This document shows positions 58,835 to 64,000 of a stretch of 64,000 bases of DNA, piece by piece. The notes under the pieces were generated by a model, which was given only the letters and a program-made list of their open reading frames with translations, did no database searches and had not been told where the DNA came from. Made by a program: the position numbers and the translations under genes. Source of the DNA: Heteronotia binoei (taxonomy: Eukaryota); contig NC_083237.1 in NCBI RefSeq assembly GCF_032191835.1, positions 558,001 to 622,000 on the forward strand, given 5' to 3'. The stretch's first letter is position 1; every line of letters starts with the position of its first letter.

Positions 58835-61800
58835 AGAACATAAGAGAAGCCACGTTGGGTCAGGCCAGTGGCCCCTCCAGGCCAACACTCTTTGTCACAT
58901 AAGAACATAAGAGAAGCCATGTTGGATCAGGCCAGTGGCCCATCCAGTCCAACACTCTGTGTCACATAAGAACATAAGAGAAGCCCTGTTGGGTCAGGCC
59001 AGTGGCCCCTCCAGGCCCACACTCTGTGTCACAGAAGAACATAAGAGAAGCCCTGTTGGATCAGGCCAGTGGCCCATCCAGTCCAACACTCTGTGTCACA
59101 TAAGAACATAAGAGAAGCCCTGTTGGATAAGGCCAGTGGCCCCTCCAGTCCAACACTCTATGTCACATAAGAGAAGCCCTGTTGGATCAGGCCAATGGCC
59201 CCTCCAGTACAACACTCTGTGTCACATAAGAACATAAGAGAAGCCCTGTTGGATAAGGCCAGTGGCCCCTCCAGTCCAACACTCTATGTCACATAAGAGA
59301 AGCCCTGTTGGATCAGGCCAATGGCCCCTCCAGTACAACACTCTGTGTCACAGAAGAACATAAGTGAAGCCCTGTTGGGTCAGGCCAGTGGCCCCTCCAG
59401 GCCAACACTCTGTGGCACACAGGGGCGAGAAAAACCCAGAGGCCAACAGGAGGTCCATCAGTGGGGCCAGAACTCCAGAAGCCCTCCCAGTGTTGCCCCC
59501 CCCCCAGCACCAAGAAGACAGAGCATCCCTGCCCCGCACATAAGAGAAGCCCTGTTGGATCAGGCCAATGGCCCCTCCAGGCCAACACTCTGTGTCACAT
59601 AAGAGAAGCCCTGTTGGATCAGGCCAGTGGCCCCTCCAGTCCAACACTCTGTGTCACGTAAGAACATAACAGAAGCCCTGCTGGATCAGGCCAATGGCCC
59701 CTCCAGTCCAACACTCTGTGTCACATAAGAACATAAGAGAAGCCCAGTTGGATCAGGCCAATGGCCCATCCAGTCCAACACTCTGTGTCACATAAGAGAA
59801 GCCCTGTTGGATCAGGCAATGGCCCATCCAGTCCAACACTCTGTGTCACATAAGAACATAACAGAAGCCCTGTTGGATCAGGCCAATGGCCCCTCCAGGC
59901 CAACACTCTGTGTCACATAAGAGAAGCCCTGTTGGATCAGGCCAATGGCCCCTCCAGTCCAACACTCTGTGTCACATAAGAACATAACAGAAGCCCTGCT
60001 GGATCAGGCCAATGGCCCATCCAGTCCAACACTCTGTGTCACATAAGAACATAAGAGAAGCCCAGTTGGATCAGGCCAATGGCCCATCCAGTCCAACACT
60101 CTGTGTCACATAAGAGAAGCCCTGTTGGATCAGGCAATGGCCCATCCAGTCCAACACTCTGTGTCACATAAGAACATAAGAGAAGCCCTGTTGGATCAGG
60201 CCAATGGCCCCTCCAGGCCAACACTCTGTGTCACATAAGAGAAGCCCTGTTGGATCAGGCCAGTGGCCCCTCCAGGCCAACACTCTGTGTCACATAAGAA
60301 CATAAGAGAAGCCCTGTTGGATCAGGCCAGTGGCCCCTCCAGACCAACACTCTGTGTCACATAAGAACATAAGAGAAGCCCTGCTGGATCAGGCCAATGG
60401 CCCATCCAGTCCAACACTCTGTGTCACATAAGAACATAAGAGAAGCCCTGCTGGATCAGGCCAATGGCCCATCCAGTCCAACACTCTGTGTCACATAAGA
60501 ACATAAGAGAAGCCCCGGTTGGATCAGGCCAATGGCCCATCCAGTCCAACACTCTGTGTCACATAAGAGAAGCCCTGTTGGATCAGGCCAATGGCCCATC
60601 CAGTCCAACACTCTGTGTCACATAAGAGAAGCCCTGTTGGATCAGGCCAATGGCCCATCCAGTCCAACACTCTGTGTCACATAAGAACATAAGAGAAGCC
60701 ATGTTGGATCAGGCCAATGGCCCATCCAGTCCAACACTCTGTGTCACATAAGAACATAAGAGAAGCCCCAGTTGGATCAGGCCAATGGCCCATCCAGTCC
60801 AACACTCTGTGTCACATAAGAGAAGCCCTGTTGGATCAGGCCAAAGGACCCTCCAGTCCAACACTCTGTGTCACATAAGAACATAAGAGAAGCCATGTTG
60901 GATCAGGCCAATGGCCCATCCAGTCCAACACTCTGTGTCACAAAAGAGAAGCCCTGTTGGATCAAGCCAATGGCCCCTCCATTCCAACACTCTGTGTCAC
61001 ATAAGAGAAGCCCTGTTGGATCAGGCCAATGGCCCATCCAGTCCAACACTCTGTGTCACATAAGAACATAAGAGAAGCCATGTTGGATCAGGCCAATGGC
61101 CCATCCAGTCCAACACTCTGTGTCACATAAGAACATAAGAGAAGCCCCGGTTGGATCAGGCCAATGGCCCATCCAGTCCAACACTCTGTGTCACATAAGA
61201 GAAGCCCTGTTGGATCAGGCCAAAGGACCCTCCAGTCCAACACTCTGTGTCACATAAGAACATAAGAGAAGCCATGTTGGATCAGGCCAATGGCCCATCC
61301 AGTCCAACACTCTGTGTCACAAAAGAGAAGCCCTGTTGGATCAAGCCAATGGCCCCTCCATTCCAACACTCTGTGTCACATAAGAGAAGCCCTGTTGGAT
61401 CAGGCCAATGGCCCATGCAGTCCAACACTCTGTGTCACATAAGAACATAAGAGAAGCCATGTTGGATCAGGCCTATGGCCCATCCAGTCCAACACTCTGT
61501 GTCACATAAGAACATAAGAGAAGCCCTGTTGGATCAGGCCAGTGGCCCATCCAGTCCAACACTCTGTGACACATAAGAACATAAGAGAAGCCATGTTGGA
61601 TCAGGCCAATGGCCCATCCAGTCCAACACTCTGTGTCACATAAGAACATAAGAGAAGCCCTGTTGGATCAGGCCAATGGCCCATGCAGTCCAACACTCTG
61701 TGTCACATAAGAACATAAGAGAAGCCATGTTGGATCAGGCCAATGGCCCATCCAGTCCAACACTCTGTGTCACATAAGAACATAAGAGAAGCCCCGGTTG

Positions 61801-62080
61801 GATCAGGCCAATGGCCCATCCAGTCCAACACTCTGTGTCACATAAGAACATAAGAGAAGCCCTGTTGGATCAGGCCAGTGGCCCCTCCAGTCCAACACTC
61901 TGTGGCACACAGTGGCCAAAAAACCCAGGTGCCATCAGGAGCTCCACCAGTGGGGCTAAAAGCCCTCCCACTGTGCCCCCCAAGCACCAAGAAGACAGAG
62001 CATCCCTGCCCCGGACATAAGAACATAAGAGAAGCCATGTTGGATCAGGCCAGTGGCCCACTCAGTCCAACACTCTGTGT
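58835..62080 (-). repeat. ~3.2 kb minisatellite of the CR1 3'-terminal unit with higher-order structure, in a PLD2 intron
   Basis: About 45-50 units of aagaacataagagaagcc(c/a)tgttggatcaggccaatggcccatccagtccaacactctgtgtcacat. Longer UTR-containing units lie at ~59410-59540 and ~61900-62020. Confidence 0.95.
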
Positions 62081-62415
62081 CATACACTGGCCAAAAAAAC
62101 CAGTCGCCATCAGGACATCCATCAGTGGGGCCAGGACGCTAGAAGCCCTCCCACTGTTGCCCCCCAGCACCAAGAATACAGAGCATCCCTGCCCCAGACA
62201 GAGAATTCCATCAACACCCTGTGGCTAATAGCTCCATATGTTGATCCAGTTCCCTCTCGAAGCTGGCTGTGCTTGTAGCCACCGCCACTTCCTGTGGCAG
62301 TGAATCCAGCATGTTAATCACGCTTTGGGTGAAGAAGGACTTCCTTTTATCCGTTCTAACCTGACTGCTCAGCAATTTCACGGAGTGCCCACAAGTTCTT
62401 GTATTTTTCCTTTGC
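62080..62415 (-). mobile_element. 5'-truncated CR1 (ORF2 end plus 3' UTR), the parent of the adjacent array
   Basis: ORF 62211..62813 ends KNTRTCGHSVKLLSSQVRTDKRKSFFTQSVINMLDSLPQEVAVATS. Confidence 0.88.
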
Positions 62416-63014
62416 CCAGGCCCTGAGTGAGCTTTGAACTGGTGGGTTCCAGCTGGTCGCTTCTTTTCTGCCCCCTTCGGCTGCTGGCTGCGCGGCTTCT
62501 TGATTTGCTGCCCGGAGCCGCAAGCTTTGGAGCAGCCCCCCCTCCCCCCTGTAATTCCAGACTGTCTGAAGCGGTTGTGCTGCTGGAGAAGGCCCTGCCT
62601 GGTCTTGGAAAGAGAGAGAGGCCTCTGACCCTCTCTGGGGGCAGGCAGCTCTTCCTCCACCCCCCCCCCTCTGGCACAGCCACGCTGTTTGGGCCACGAG
62701 CCTGCCCACAGGTGCTGCTGAGAAGAGGTCACTGGTTGTGTGGAGTGAAGCTGGAGCCTGGCAGGGCTTCCCTGTCTGTGTTGGAAGTTCTGAACGTTAG
62801 ACGCAGAGGGCAAAGTGAAGCAGCTGTTGGCATGTGCTTAGGGGGCTGGAGAGAAGGCCTTCTTTCCTCGGGGTGTGGCTGGCTGGGCCATTGGGCCTGG
62901 TCTCATAGCATCAGCTGATTTCTGCTTCCACCTGTCTCCCCAAATTGTGTTCTTTCTCCTTGTGTGGGGTTGGTCACGAGAGAGCCAGTTTTGTGCCCCC
63001 GACCTGTTCTTTGA

Positions 63015-63295
63015 CTGTTTGGTGTAGTGGCTCAGTGCATGGACTCTTATCTGGGAGAACCAGATTTGATTCTCCACTCCTCCACTTGCAGCTGCTGGAA
63101 TGGCCTTGGGTTAGCCATAGCTTTCTCAGAAGTTGTCCTTGAAAGGGTAGCTGCTGTGAGAGCTCTCTCAGCCCCACCCACTTCACAGAGTGTCTGTTGT
63201 GGGGGGAGAAGATATAGGAGATTGTGAGCCGCTCTGAGTCTCTGATTCAGAGAGAAGGGCAGGGTATAAATCTTTTATTTATTTATTTATTTTTC
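63015..63295 (+). mobile_element. Squam3-like SINE
   Basis: gtttggtgtagtggctcagtgcatggactcttatctgggagaacc ... gggtataaatc(tttta)n. Confidence 0.72.
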
Positions 63296-64000
63296 GCATT
63301 TATATCCTGCCGAAGCAGGCTCAGAATCTGCAATTCTTCTAAATAATCTCTGCCTCCATTCCACTCTGGCTTGTCAAGTTCTGCGGATCCATCTGCGGCT
63401 AAAACACTGAAGTGGCTGGATCCCCCCCCCTCCCTCCTGTGCCTTGGAGAACAGGGCAGCCTCTGGGCCCTGCATCTCCCAGGGAGGGGTCTCTTCACCA
63501 CCACACAGTCCCTTTTCAGAGGGTGTGTCCTCACTTGAAGCACTGGGAAGGGAAACCACAAAATTTGAGTTTTAAAAAAGCACACATTTTCACATTTCCA
63601 ATCTGATTAGTTGACCTAGGCGGATATGGAAAGGTATATCCATGCGCACTGCCTGTTGTACAGAAAGGTCTACATACAAAGCGCCACCCAGTTTGCAGCA
63701 GAATTGAAAGTGGTGTTTTATACTCCACCCTCAGCAGGGAGGGCGGGGTATAAATAAAATTTATTATTATTAAAAAAAAAAAAAAGATGCTTCCGCATCT
63801 GGAACAGAAAGTGTAGCTGAAGCCTGTTCTGGTGTGAAAAGAGGGGGGCCTTGCCTGAGAGTGCAGCGTTTGGTGCTCCAGCAGCCCCCACCCCCCCGCT
63901 TGCAAGTCTGGGAGCAGAGGGTCTTTTGGGGAGGCGGGTTGGCGCAATCGCTGAAGGTACCCCACAGTAAATCATACAGAAGTGAAACCCACTGTAGCGC

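Noticed and set aside
56912-58910. Very long overlapping ORFs (282-447 aa) on both strands
   Set aside because: These are shadow ORFs of a CpG island with low-complexity Pro/Gly/Arg content. Only two short exons match PLD2.
58835-62080. Regular ~65 bp repeats resembling a CRISPR array, and repetitive ORFs (HKNIREAMLDQANGPSSPTLCVT)n here and at 42-44 kb
   Set aside because: There are no unique spacers and no cas genes, and the context is eukaryotic. The unit is the CR1 3' terminus, and the ORFs are by-products of stop-free repeat frames.
63780-63975. Minus-strand peptide with AIAPT, GGV and FSHQNRL, loosely like recalled human C17orf114
   Set aside because: It would lie inside a PLD2 intron rather than between PSMB6 and PLD2, it runs into a SINE tail without a proper stop, and the conserved motif is poorly matched. 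Probably chance. No convincing C17orf114 was found at 55.7-57.4 kb either.

Overview
This is GC-rich vertebrate genomic DNA. Its repeat content (CR1 LINEs, Sauria-type and Squam3-type SINEs, hAT MITEs, Penelope-like fragments) points to a squamate reptile, probably a gecko. The window matches the human 17p13.2 gene block. In order it contains: tandem copies of the MED11 terminal exon (+), CXCL16 (-), an additional trypsin-like serine protease gene with a hydrophobic C-terminal tail (+), ZMYND15 (+), TM4SF5 (+), VMO1 (-, one frameshift in a homopolymer), GLTPD2 (+), PSMB6 (+) and the 5' end of PLD2 (+). I reconstructed exon chains by hand from GT-AG sites and codon phase. Gene identifications rest on protein sequences recalled from memory, not on database searches. 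The most unusual features are: (1) the CXCL16 mucin-stalk exon is present in four tandem copies, and three internal units carry a decoy copy of the TM-exon splice acceptor that leads to a premature stop; (2) a candidate endogenous bornavirus-like nucleoprotein fragment in a ZMYND15 intron (low confidence); (3) large tandem arrays built from CR1 and SINE 3' tails; (4) a Penelope-type minimal hammerhead ribozyme motif; (5) local exon-fragment duplications in MED11 and ZMYND15. There is one assembly gap (47164-47297). Most long ORFs in the supplied track are GC-rich shadow ORFs.
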